This document shows, piece by piece, positions 15,001 through 29,487 of a DNA stretch of 64,000 nucleotides (the stretch's first letter is position 1; each line of letters starts with the position of its first letter). Origin of the DNA: Eledone cirrhosa (lineage: Eukaryota); assembly GCA_964016885.1 (NCBI GenBank), contig OZ024751.1, forward strand, positions 3,472,001 to 3,536,000. The letters are read 5' to 3'. The position numbers were made by a program, and so were the translations under genes. The notes under the pieces were generated by a model. It saw only the letters and a program-made list of their open reading frames with translations, made no database searches and was not told the DNA's origin.

Positions 15001-18000
15001 TACCAGCACACCAGAGGACTACAGGATCAAGGCTGACTACCAGCACACCAGAGGACTACAGGATCAAGGCTGACTACCAGCACACCAGAGGACTACAGGA
15101 TCAAGACTGACTACCAGCACACCAGAGGACTACAGGATCAAGGCTGACTACCAGCACACCAGAGGACTACAGGATCAAGACTGTCTACCAGCACACCAGA
15201 GGACTACAGGATCAAGGCTGACTACCAGCACACCAGAGGACTACAGGATCAAGGCTGACTACCAGCACACCAGAGGACTACAGGATCAAGACAGACTACC
15301 AGCACACCAGAGGACTACAGGATCAAGGCTGACTACCAGCACACCAGAGGACTACAGGATCAAGTCTGACTACCAGCACACCAGAGGACTACAGGATCAA
15401 GGTTGACTACCAGCACACCAGAGGACTACAGGCACAAGACTGACTACCAGCAGACCAGAGGACTATAGGATCAAGACTGACTACCAGCACACCAGAGGAC
15501 TACAGGATCAAGGCTGACTACCAGCACACCAGAGGACTACAGGCATAAGACTGACTACCAGCACACCAGAGGTCTACAGGATCAAGACTGACTACCTGCA
15601 CACCAGAGGACTACAGGATCAAGGCTGACTACCTGCACACCAGAGGACTACAGGCACAAGACTGACTACCTGCACACCAGAGGTCTACAGGATCAAGACT
15701 GACTACCAGCACACCAGAGGACTACAGGATCAAGACTGACTACCTGCACACCAGAGGACTACAGGCACAAGACTGACTACCTGCACACCAGAGGTCTACA
15801 GGATCAAGACTGACTACCTGCACACCAGAGGACTACAGGCACAAGACTGACTACCTGCGCAGCAGAGGACTACAGGATCAAGACTGACTACCAGCACACC
15901 AGAGGACTACAGGATCAAGGCTGACTACCAGCACACCAGAGGACTACAGGATCAAGACTGACTACCAGTTCACCAGAGGACTACAGGATCAAGACTGACT
16001 ACCAGCACACCAGAGGACTACAGGCACAAGACTGACTACCAGCACACCAGAGGACTACAGGATCAAGACTGACTACCAGCACACCAGAGGACTACAGGAT
16101 CAAGGCTGACTACTTGCACACCAGAGGACTACAGGATCAAGGCTGAGTACATGCACACCAGAGGATTACAGGATCAAGACTGACTACCATCACACCAGAG
16201 GACTACAGGATCAAGACTGACTACCTGCACACCAGAGGTTTACAGGATCAAGACTGACTACCAGCACACCAGAGGACTACAGGATCAAGACAGACTACCA
16301 GCTCACCAGAGGACTACAGGATCAAGGCTGACTACCAGCACACCAGAGGACTACAGGATCAAGACTGACTACCAGCACACCAGAGGACTACAGGATCAAG
16401 GCTGACTACCAGCACACCAGAGGACTACAGGATCAAGACACACTACCAACACACCAGAGGACTACAGGATCAAGGCTGACTACCAGCACACCAGAGGACT
16501 ACAGGATCAAGACTGACTACCAGCACACCAGAGGACTACAGGATCAAGGCTGACTACCAGCACACCAGAGGACTACAGGATCAAGGCTGACTACCAACAC
16601 ACCAGAGGACTACAGGATCAAGGCTGACTACCAGCACACCGGAGGACTACAGGATCAAGGCTGACTACCAGCACACCAGAGGACTACAGGATCAAGACTG
16701 ACTACCAGCACACCAGAGGACTACAGGATCAAGGCTGACTACCAGCACACCAGAGGACTACAGGTTCAAGACTGACTACCAGCACACAGAGGACTACAGG
16801 ATCAAGGCTGACTACCAGCACACCAGAGGACTACAGGATCAAGGCTGACTACCAGCACACCAGAGGACTACAGGATCAAGACTGACTACCAGCACACCAG
16901 AGGACTACAGGATCAAGGCTGACTACCAGCACACCAGAGGACTACAGGATCAAGGCTGACTACCAGCACACCAGAGGACTACAGGATCAAGGCTGACTAC
17001 CAGCACACCAGAGGACTACAGGATCAAGGCTGACTACCAGCACACCAGAGGACTACAGGATCAAGGCTGACTACCAGCACACCAGAGGACTACAGGATCA
17101 AGGCTGACTACCAGCACACCAGAGGACTACAGGATCAAGACTGACTACCAGCACACCAGAGGACTACAGGATCAAGGCTGACTACCAGCACACCAGAGGA
17201 CTACAGGATCAAGGCTGACTACCAGCACACCAGAGGACTACAGGATCAAGGCTGACTACCAGCACACCAGAGGACTACAGGATCAAGGCTGACTACCAGC
17301 ACACCAGAGGACTACAGGATCAAGGCTGACTACCAGCACACCAGAGGACTACAGGATCAAGACTGACTACCAGCACACCAGAGGACTACAGGATCAAGGC
17401 TGACTACCAACACACCAGAGGACTACAGGATCAAGGCTGACTACCAGCACACCGGAGGACTACAGGATCAAGGCTGACTACCAGCACACCAGAGGACTAC
17501 AGGATCAAGGCTGACTACCAACACACCAGAGGACTACAGGATCAAGGCTGACTACCAGCACACCGGAGGACTACAGGATCAAGGCTGACTACCAGCACAC
17601 CAGAGGACTACAGGATCAAGACTGACTACCAGCACACCAGAGGACTACAGGATCAAGGCTGACTACCAGCACACCAGAGGACTACAGGTTCAAGACTGAC
17701 TACCAGCACACAGAGGACTACAGGATCAAGGCTGACTACCAGCACACCAGAGGACTACAGGATCAAGGCTGACTACCAGCACACCAGAGGACTACAGGAT
17801 CAAGACTGACTACCAGCACACCAGAGGACTACAGGATCAAGGCTGACTACCAGCACACCAGAGGACTACAGGATCAAGGCTGACTACCAGCACACCAGAG
17901 GACTACAGGATCAAGGCTGACTACCAGCACACCAGAGGACTACAGGATCAAGGCTGACTACCAGCACACCAGAGGACTACAGGATCAAGGCTGACTACCA

Positions 18001-21000
18001 GCACACCAGAGGACTACAGGATCAAGGCTGACTACCAGCACACCAGAGGACTACAGGATCAAGACTGACTACCAGCACACCAGAGGACTACAGGATCAAG
18101 GCTGACTACCAGCACACCAGAGGACTACAGGATCAAGGCTGACTACCAGCACACCAGAGGACTACAGGATCAAGGCTGACTACCAGCACACCAGAGGACT
18201 ACAGGATCAAGGCTGACTACCAGCACACCAGAGGACTACAGGATCAAGGCTGACTACCAGCACACCAGAGGACTACAGGATCAAGACTGACTACCAGCAC
18301 ACCAGAGGACTACAGGATCAAGGCTGACTACCAGCACACCAGAGGACTACAGGATCAAGACTGACTACCAGCACACCAGAGGACTACAGGATCAAGGCTG
18401 ACTACCAGCACACCAGAGGACTACAGGATCAAGGCTGACTACCAGCACACCAGAGGACTACAGGATCAAGACAGACTACCAGCACACCAGAGGACTACAG
18501 GATCAAGGCTGACTACCAGCACACCAGAGGACTACAGGATCAAGTCTGACTACCAGCACACCAGAGGACTACAGGATCAAGGTTGACTACCAGCACACCA
18601 GAGGACTACAGGCACAAGACTGACTACCAGCAGACCAGAGGACTATAGGATCAAGACTGACTACCAGCACACCAGAGGACTACAGGATCAAGGCTGACTA
18701 CCAGCACACCAGAGGACTACAGGCATAAGACTGACTACCAGCACACCAGAGGTCTACAGGATCAAGACTGACTACCTGCACACCAGAGGACTACAGGATC
18801 AAGGCTGACTACCTGCACACCAGAGGACTACAGGCACAAGACTGACTACCTGCACACCAGAGGTCTACAGGATCAAGACTGACTACCAGCACACCAGAGG
18901 ACTACAGGATCAAGACTGACTACCTGCACACCAGAGGACTACAGGCACAAGACTGACTACCTGCACACCAGAGGTCTACAGGATCAAGACTGACTACCTG
19001 CACACCAGAGGACTACAGGCACAAGACTGACTACCTGCGCAGCAGAGGACTACAGGATTAAGACTGACTACCAGCACACCAGAGGACTACAGGATCAAGG
19101 CTGACTACCAGCACACCAGAGGACTACAGGATCAAGACTGACTACCAGTTCACCAGAGGACTACAGGATCAAGACTGACTACCAGCACACCAGAGGACTA
19201 CAGGCACAAGACTGACTACCAGCACACCAGAGGACTACAGGATCAAGACTGACTACCAGCACACCAGAGGACTACAGGATCAAGGCTGACTACTTGCACA
19301 CCAGAGGACTACAGGATCAAGGCTGAGTACTTGCACACCAGAGGATTACAGGATCAAGACTGACTACCATCACACCAGAGGACTACAGGATCAAGACTGA
19401 CTACCTGCACACCAGAGGTTTACAGGATCAAGACTGACTACCAGCACACCAGAGGACTACAGGATCAAGACAGACTACCAGCTCACCAGAGGACTACAGG
19501 ATCAAGGCTGACTACCAGCACACCAGAGGACTACAGGATCAAGACTGACTACCAGCACACCAGAGGACTACAGGATCAAGGATGACTACCAGCACACCAG
19601 AGGACTACAGGATCAAGACACACTACCAACACACCAGAGGACTACAGGATCAAGGCTGACTACCAGCACACCAGAGGACTACAGGATCAAGACTGACTAC
19701 CAGCACACCAGAGGACTACAGGATCAAGGCTGACTACCAGCACACCAGAGGACTACAGGATCAAGGCTGACTACCAGCACACCAGAGGACTACAGGATCA
19801 AGGCTGACTACCAGCACACCAGAGGACTACAGGATCAAGGCTGACTACCAGCACACCAGAGGACTACAGGATCAAGACTGACTACCAGCACACCAGAGGA
19901 CTACAGGATCAAGGCTGACTACCAGCACACAAGAGGACTACAGGTTCAAGACTGACTACCAGCACACAGAGGACTACAGGATCAAGGCTGACTACCAGCA
20001 CACCAGAGGACTACAGGATCAAGGCTGACTACCAGCACACCAGAGGACTACAGGATCAAGACTGACTACCAGCACACCAGAGGACTACAGGATCAAGGCT
20101 GACTACCAGCACACCAGAGGACTACAGGATCAAGGCTGACTACCAGCACACCAGAGGACTACAGGATCAAGGCTGACTACCAGCACACCAGAGGACTACA
20201 GGATCAAGGCTGACTACCAGCACACCAGAGGACTACAGGATCAAGGCTGACTACCAGCACACCAGAGGACTACAGGATCAAGACTGACTACCAGCACACC
20301 AGAGGACTACAGGATCAAGGCTGACTACCAACACACCAGAGGACTACAGGCTCAAGGCTGACTACCAGCACACCAGAGGACTACAGGATCAAGGCTGACT
20401 ACCAGCACACCAGAGGACTACAGGATCAAGGCTGACTACCAGAACACCAGAGGACTACAGGATCAAGGCTGACTACCAGCACACCAGAGGACTACAGGAT
20501 CAAGGCTGACTACCAGCACACCAGAGGACTACAGGATCAAGACTGACTACCAGCACACCAGAGGACTACAGGATCAAGGCTGACTACCAGCACACCAGAG
20601 GACTACAGGATCAAGACTGACTACCAGCACACCAGAGGACTATAGGATCAAGGCTGACTACCAGCACACCAGAGGACTACAGGATCAAGACTGACTACCT
20701 GCACACCAGAGGACTACAGGATCAAGGCTGACTACCTGCACACCAGAGGACTACAGGCACAAGACTGACTACCTGCACACCAGAGGTCTACAGGATCAAG
20801 ACTGACTACCAGCACACCAGAGGACTACAGGATCAAGACTGACTACCTGCACACCAGAGGACTACAGGCACAAGACTGACTACCTGCACACCAGAGGTGT
20901 ACAGGATCAAGACTGACTACCTGCACACCAGAGGACTACAGGCACAAGACTGACTACCTGCGCAGCAGAGGACTACAGGATCAAGACTGACTACCAGCAC

Positions 21001-24000
21001 ACCAGAGGACTACAGGATCAAGGCTGACTACCAGCACACCAGAGGACTACAGGATCAAGACTGACTACCAGTTCACCAGAGGACTACAGGATCAAGACTG
21101 ACTACCAGCACACCAGAGGACTACAGGCACAAGACTGACTACCACCACACCAGAGGACTACAGGATCAAGACTGACTACCAGCACACCAGAGGACTACAG
21201 GATCAAGGCTGACTACTTGCACACCAGAGGACTACAGGATCAAGGCTGAGTACTTGCACACCAGAGGATTACAGGATCAAGACTGACTACCATCACACCA
21301 GAGGACTACAGGATCAAGACTGACTACCTGCACACCAGAGGTTTACAGGATCAAGACTGACTACCAGCACACCAGAGGACTACAGGATCAAGACAGACTA
21401 CCAGCTCACCAGAGGACTACAGGATCAAGGCTGACTACCAGCACACCAGAGGACTACAGGATCAAGACTGACTACCAGCACACCAGAGGACTACAGGATC
21501 AAGGCTGACTACCAGCACACCAGAGGACTACAGGATCAAGACTGACTACCAACACACCAGAGGACTACAGGATCAAGGCTGACTACCAGCACACCAGAGG
21601 ACTACAGGATCAAGACTGACTACCAGCACACCAGAGGACTACAGGATCAAGGCTGACTACCAGCACACGAGAGGACTACAGGATCAAGGCTGACTACCAG
21701 CACACCAGAGGACTACAGGATCAAGACAGACTACCAGCACACCAGAGGACTACAGGATCAAGGCTGACTACCAGCACACCAGAGGACTACAGGATCAAGG
21801 CTGACTACCAGCACACCAGAGGACTACAGGATCAAGACTGACTACCAGCACACCAGAGGACTACAGGATCAAGGCTGACTACCAGCACACCAGAGGACTA
21901 CAGGATCAAGACTGACTACCAGCACACCAGAGGACTACAGGATCAAGGCTGACTACCAGCACACCAGAGGACTACAGGATCAAGGCTGACTACCAGCACA
22001 CCAGAGGACTACAGGATCAAGACTGACTACCAGCACACCAGAGGACTACAGGATCAAGGCTGACTACCAGCACACCAGAGGACTACAGGATCAAGACTGA
22101 CTACCAGCACACCAGAGGACTACAGGATCAAGGCTGACTACCAGCACACCAGAGGACTACAGGATCAAGGCTGACTACCAGCACACCAGAGGACTACAGG
22201 ATCAAGACAGACTACCAGCACACCAGAGGACTACAGGATCAAGGCTGACTACCAGCACACCAGAGGACTTCAGGATCAAGGCTGACTACCAGCACACCAG
22301 AGGACTACAGGATCAAGACTGACTACCAACACACCAGAGGACTACAGGATCAAGGCTGACTACCAGCACACCAGAGGACTACAGGATCAAGGCTGACTAC
22401 CAGCACACCAGAGGACTACAGGATCAAGACTGACTACCAGCACACCAGAGGACTACAGGATCAAGGCTGACTACCAGCACACCAGAGGACTACAGGATCA
22501 AGGCTGACTACCAGCACACCAGAGGACTACAGGATCAAGGCTGACTACCAGCACACCAGAGGACTACAGGATCAAGGCTGACTACCAGCACACCAGAGGA
22601 CTACAGGATCAAGGCTGACTACCAGCACACCAGAGGACTACAGGATCAAGGCTGACTACCAGCACACCAGAGGACTACAGGATCAAGGCTGACTACCAGC
22701 ACACCAGAGGACTACAGGATCAAGACAGACTACCAGCACACCAGAGGACTACAGGATCAAGGCTGACTACCAGCACACCAGAGGACTTCAGGATCAAGGC
22801 TGACTACCAGCACACCAGAGGACTACAGGATCAAGACTGACTACCAACACACCAGAGGACTACAGGATCAAGGCTGACTACCAGCACACCAGAGGACTAC
22901 AGGATCAAGGCTGACTACCAGCACACCAGAGGACTACAGGATCAAGGCTGACTACCAGAACACCAGAGGACTACAGGATCAAGGCTGACTACCAGCACAC
23001 CAGAGGACTACAGGATCAAGGCTGACTACCAGCACACCAGAGGACTACAGGATCAAGACTGACTACCAGCACACCAGAGGACTACAGGATCAAGGCTGAC
23101 TACCAGCACACCAGAGGACTACAGGATCAAGACTGACTACCAGCACACCAGAGGACTATAGGATCAAGGCTGACTACCAGCACACCAGAGGACTACAGGA
23201 TCAAGACTGACTACCTGCACACCAGAGGACTACAGGATCAAGGCTGACTACCTGCACACCAGAGGACTACAGGCACAAGACTGACTACCTGCACACCAGA
23301 GGTCTACAGGATCAAGACTGACTACCAGCACACCAGAGGACTACAGGATCAAGACTGACTACCTGCACACCAGAGGACTACAGGCACAAGACTGACTACC
23401 TGCACACCAGAGGTGTACAGGATCAAGACTGACTACCTGCACACCAGAGGACTACAGGCACAAGACTGACTACCTGCGCAGCAGAGGACTACAGGATCAA
23501 GACTGACTACCAGCACACCAGAGGACTACAGGATCAAGGCTGACTACCAGCACACCAGAGGACTACAGGATCAAGACTGACTACCAGTTCACCAGAGGAC
23601 TACAGGATCAAGACTGACTACCAGCACACCAGAGGACTACAGGCACAAGACTGACTACCACCACACCAGAGGACTACAGGATCAAGACTGACTACCAGCA
23701 CACCAGAGGACTACAGGATCAAGGCTGACTACTTGCACACCAGAGGACTACAGGATCAAGGCTGAGTACTTGCACACCAGAGGATTACAGGATCAAGACT
23801 GACTACCATCACACCAGAGGACTACAGGATCAAGACTGACTACCTGCACACCAGAGGTTTACAGGATCAAGACTGACTACCAGCACACCAGAGGACTACA
23901 GGATCAAGACAGACTACCAGCTCACCAGAGGACTACAGGATCAAGGCTGACTACCAGCACACCAGAGGACTACAGGATCAAGACTGACTACCAGCACACC

Positions 24001-25772
24001 AGAGGACTACAGGATCAAGGCTGACTACCAGCACACCAGAGGACTACAGGATCAAGACTGACTACCAACACACCAGAGGACTACAGGATCAAGGCTGACT
24101 ACCAGCACACCAGAGGACTACAGGATCAAGACTGACTACCAGCACACCAGAGGACTACAGGATCAAGGCTGACTACCAGCACACGAGAGGACTACAGGAT
24201 CAAGGCTGACTACCAGCACACCAGAGGACTACAGGATCAAGACAGACTACCAGCACACCAGAGGACTACAGGATCAAGGCTGACTACCAGCACACCAGAG
24301 GACTACAGGATCAAGGCTGACTACCAGCACACCAGAGGACTACAGGATCAAGACTGACTACCAGCACACCAGAGGACTACAGGATCAAGGCTGACTACCA
24401 GCACACCAGAGGACTACAGGATCAAGACTGACTACCAGCACACCAGAGGACTACAGGATCAAGGCTGACTACCAGCACACCAGAGGACTACAGGATCAAG
24501 GCTGACTACCAGCACACCAGAGGACTACAGGATCAAGACTGACTACCAGCACACCAGAGGACTACAGGATCAAGGCTGACTACCAGCACACCAGAGGACT
24601 ACAGGATCAAGACTGACTACCAGCACACCAGAGGACTACAGGATCAAGGCTGACTACCAGCACACCAGAGGACTACAGGATCAAGGCTGACTACCAGCAC
24701 ACCAGAGGACTACAGGATCAAGACAGACTACCAGCACACCAGAGGACTACAGGATCAAGGCTGACTACCAGCACACCAGAGGACTTCAGGATCAAGGCTG
24801 ACTACCAGCACACCAGAGGACTACAGGATCAAGACTGACTACCAACACACCAGAGGACTACAGGATCAAGGCTGACTACCAGCACACCAGAGGACTACAG
24901 GATCAAGGCTGACTACCAGCACACCAGAGGACTACAGGATCAAGACTGACTACCAGCACACCAGAGGACTACAGGATCAAGGCTGACTACCAGCACACCA
25001 GAGGACTACAGGATCAAGGCTGACTACCAGCACACCAGAGGACTACAGGATCAAGGCTGACTACCAGCACACCAGAGGACTACAGGATCAAGGCTGACTA
25101 CCAGCACACCAGAGGACTACAGGATCAAGGCTGACTACCAGCACACCAGAGGACTACAGGATCAAGGCTGACTACCAGCACACCAGAGGACTACAGGATC
25201 AAGGCTGACTACCAGCACACCAGAGGACTACAGGATCAAGACAGACTACCAGCACACCAGAGGACTACAGGATCAAGGCTGACTACCAGCACACCAGAGG
25301 ACTTCAGGATCAAGGCTGACTACCAGCACACCAGAGGACTACAGGATCAAGACTGACTACCAACACACCAGAGGACTACAGGATCAAGGCTGACTACCAG
25401 CACACCAGAGGACTACAGGATCAAGGCTGACTACCAGCACACCAGAGGACTACAGGATCAAGACTGACTACCAGCACACCAGAGGACTACAGGATCAAGG
25501 CTGACTACCAGCACACCAGAGGACTACAGGATCAAGGCTGACTACCAGCACACCAGAGGACTACAGGATCAAGGCTGACTACCAGCACACCAGAGGACTA
25601 CAGGATCAAGGCTGACTACCAGCACACCAGAGGACTACAGGATCAAGGCTGACTACCAGCACACCAGAGGACTACAGGATCAAGGCTGACTACCAGCACA
25701 CCAGAGGACTACAGGATCAAGGCTGACTACCAGCACACCAGAGGACTACAGGATCAAGGCTGACTACTTGCA
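1..25772. repeat. 37-bp tandem satellite (consensus AGGATCAAG(A/G)CTGACTACCAGCACACCAGAGGACTAC), about 695 units, running off the left edge
   Basis: Period 37 read directly (CTGACTACCA at 121 and 158). Point variants recur. The array ends abruptly at ...TGACTACTTGCA|TATAAAAC. No ORF. Confidence 0.99.
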
Positions 25773-25967
25773 TATAAAACAGAAGTAACATTCAAACACC
25801 AACCAGATTTGAGAAAAACTACAAACCCTCCATCTTAATTCTACTTTTGCAAAGCAGAAGAATTGCGAAACCGGTAAAGGAACCAAATAAATATATATTT
25901 TTTAAAAAAATAGACTCCAGTTGCATTTTCGATTTCATCTTTTTTCCTTATATATATATATATATAG

Positions 25968-26186
25968 TGAAAACATAACAAGGACGATTGGTTACTCCTT
26001 CATTACATTTATGGTTTGTGACGCGTGTCACCAACCAATAAATGTAATGAAGGAGTAACCAATCGTCCTTGTTATATCTTCACTCTAATACACTCTGTCT
26101 AATTCTACACCTCGACACTGAAGTGAATCTAAACATCGAGTGCTCACCCGGGTGAACCTACAGTAACTCCAAGTTACACTCCCTGT
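25968..26186 (+). mobile_element. Short fold-back element, probably a PLE terminal remnant
   Basis: Inverted repeat 25968-26084 (ATAACAAGGACGATTGGTTACTCCTTCATTACATTTAT and its reverse complement), then a unique tail ending in (TA)n. The tail end recurs inverted at 26261-26282. Confidence 0.55.
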
Positions 26187-26191
26187 ATATA

Positions 26192-26223
<32 letters not shown>

Positions 26224-26226
26224 CAA

Positions 26227-26260
<34 letters not shown>

Positions 26261-26393
26261 CCAGGGAGTGTAACTTGGAGTTATATGTATATATATAAAT
26301 ATATATAGTAATAATAATAAATTTGAAGACTAAAATCCAAAGAAGGTTCGATAAGGATAAATATATATCAAATATATAAGAACCGTAGAGCAA

Positions 26394-26507
26394 ATATTTA
26401 TTAAAATAACAGATTAAAGTTTAAGCAAAGAATCGCTGCTTTCATCCTTAACGGGTGAAAGCAGCGATTCTTTGCTTAAACTTTAATCTGTTATTTTAAT
26501 AAATATA
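26394..26507. repeat. Perfect hairpin built from the 3' half of a hammerhead-like motif
   Basis: Arms TATTAAAATAACAGATTAAAGTTTAAGCAAAGAATCGCTGCTTTCA and its reverse complement around TCCTTAACGGG. A related, non-inverted copy lies at 61492-61560. Confidence 0.7.
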
Positions 26508-26561
26508 AATATATATATATATACATATATATATATACATATATAAGTTTTAATATAGATG

Positions 26562-26612
26562 AGATTCTACAGGACTAGAACTGTTTCATTCATTAGAAAT
26601 CATCAGGAATCC
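26562..26612 (-). ncRNA. Type I hammerhead ribozyme within palindrome 26546-26673
   Basis: Minus strand reads GATTC-CUGAUGA-U-UUC UAAU GAA-U-GAAA-CAG uucuaguc CUG-UA|GAAUC. Stems I, II and III pair; GUA triplet. The plus-strand arm (26613-26657) lacks the 5' strand of stem I. Confidence 0.8.
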
Positions 26613-26800
26613 CTGATGATTTCTAATGAATGAAACAGTTCTAGTCCTGTAGAATCTCATCTATATTAAAACTGTTATACTCTGCTATGTATTGAGTACC
26701 TTACTTACTGTGGTTACCTCCGATTCAACCCGGAATAACGTATATATACATATATATATATATACATAATTTAATGTATAAAAATCAATACAATATAATT

Positions 26801-26871
26801 ACCTCATTACCAGAGGTTTCCCGAATGAGGCGAATACGAAAGAAACGTCTTCATTCGTTCGTCAGTCAAGG
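26801..26871 (-). ncRNA. Hammerhead ribozyme, inverted copy of 27387-27456 with weakened stem I
   Basis: 26768-26933 is the reverse complement of 27326-27490. CUGACGA...GAAA-CC UCU GG-UA is retained. Confidence 0.65.
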
Positions 26872-27386
26872 CAATATAAAACATGGGTAAATACTTGGAA
26901 AGTCTCATCAAGAAAAGCAAAAAAAATATAGACAAATGAATTAGAATATGAAATATATAAAAATCTTTCAAGAAATATAGTTAGGTGTGTGTATATGTAT
27001 GTATATACGGTCACAGATGTGCATATATGTCTATGCACATATGTATACGTATAGTGAAAAATTGTGCGTAAATATATAATTTAGGGCAAATGTATCTGTG
27101 TATCTGTAATCTACAGACAGAATAGATACATCGTAAGAATATGAAGGCACGCGCATAAACACACCTACATACACGTACACTTATATGCGGAAATAAAAGA
27201 GGTAAGGGAGTGTAATAATTAAAGGAAAGTATCGATCTCGATATATTTATAAAAATGGAACAATAATTTACAAAGAAAAAATTTAAAGAAAAGAAGACAA
27301 ACAAGGTACACGCATACACACACACGTCTATATTTTTTTGCTTTTCTTGATGAGACTTTCCAAGTATTTACCCATGTTTTATATTG

Positions 27387-27456
27387 CCTCGTCTGACGAA
27401 CGAATGAAGACGTTTCTTTCGTATTCGCCTCATTCGGGAAACCTCTGGTAATGAGG
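27387..27456 (+). ncRNA. Type I hammerhead ribozyme
   Basis: CCUCGU-CUGACGA-a CGAAUGA...UCAUUCG g-GAAA-CC UCU GG-UA|AUGAGG. Stem I is 6 bp with one G-U pair. Confidence 0.8.
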
Positions 27457-27562
27457 TAATTATATTGTATTGATTTGTATACATTAAATTTTGCTCTGGT
27501 ACTTACATAGAGCACTCTTCACTTCTATGACCTTTTCTGTTTTCAACGGAAATTTCAATCCT

Positions 27563-28469
<907 letters not shown>

Positions 28470-28484
28470 CACATATATATATAT

Positions 28485-28832
<348 letters not shown>

Positions 28833-28857
28833 AATATATATATATACATATATATAT

Positions 28858-28889
<32 letters not shown>

Positions 28890-29487
28890 ATACATATATA
28901 TATATAAATATATATATATTATTATATATTTGAAAATTGACCGGTTAATACATTTTTCATACATCTATATTATTATATATTTGAAACCACGTGTTTTCGA
29001 ACTTGTGAGTACATTTTCCTTTAACTACAAATTATTATTATATACTTTCGTCTTTTCATTAACTTAATTAATTTCAAATAACCAGAATATACATATATAT
29101 ATATATACTCATATTTATATATATACGCCTCTCACTCACACACAAGAAAAACAAAAAACAAAAATAAATCAAAAATCAAAAATAAATTTAAAAAAAAAAT
29201 ATATATATATTGAAATACTTAACTAAAACACACACACACGAACTTGTGAGTACATTTTCCTTTAACTACAAATTATTATTATATACTTTCGTCTTTTCAT
29301 TAACTTAATTAATTTCAAATAACCAGAATATACATATATATATATATATATACTCATATTTATATATATACGCTTCTCACTCACACACAAGAAAAACAAA
29401 AAACAAAAATAAATCAAAAATAAATTTTAAAAAAAATATATATATATTGAAATACTTAACTAAAACACACACACACTCAAAACTAGA

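Noticed and set aside
1-25772. 37-bp repeat as a CRISPR array or a repetitive protein gene
   Set aside because: No spacers and no cas genes. The period is not a multiple of 3, and stops recur in all six frames.
1-25772. Telomeric repeat
   Set aside because: No TTAGGG-like unit. Block duplication of variants fits recombination, not templated addition.
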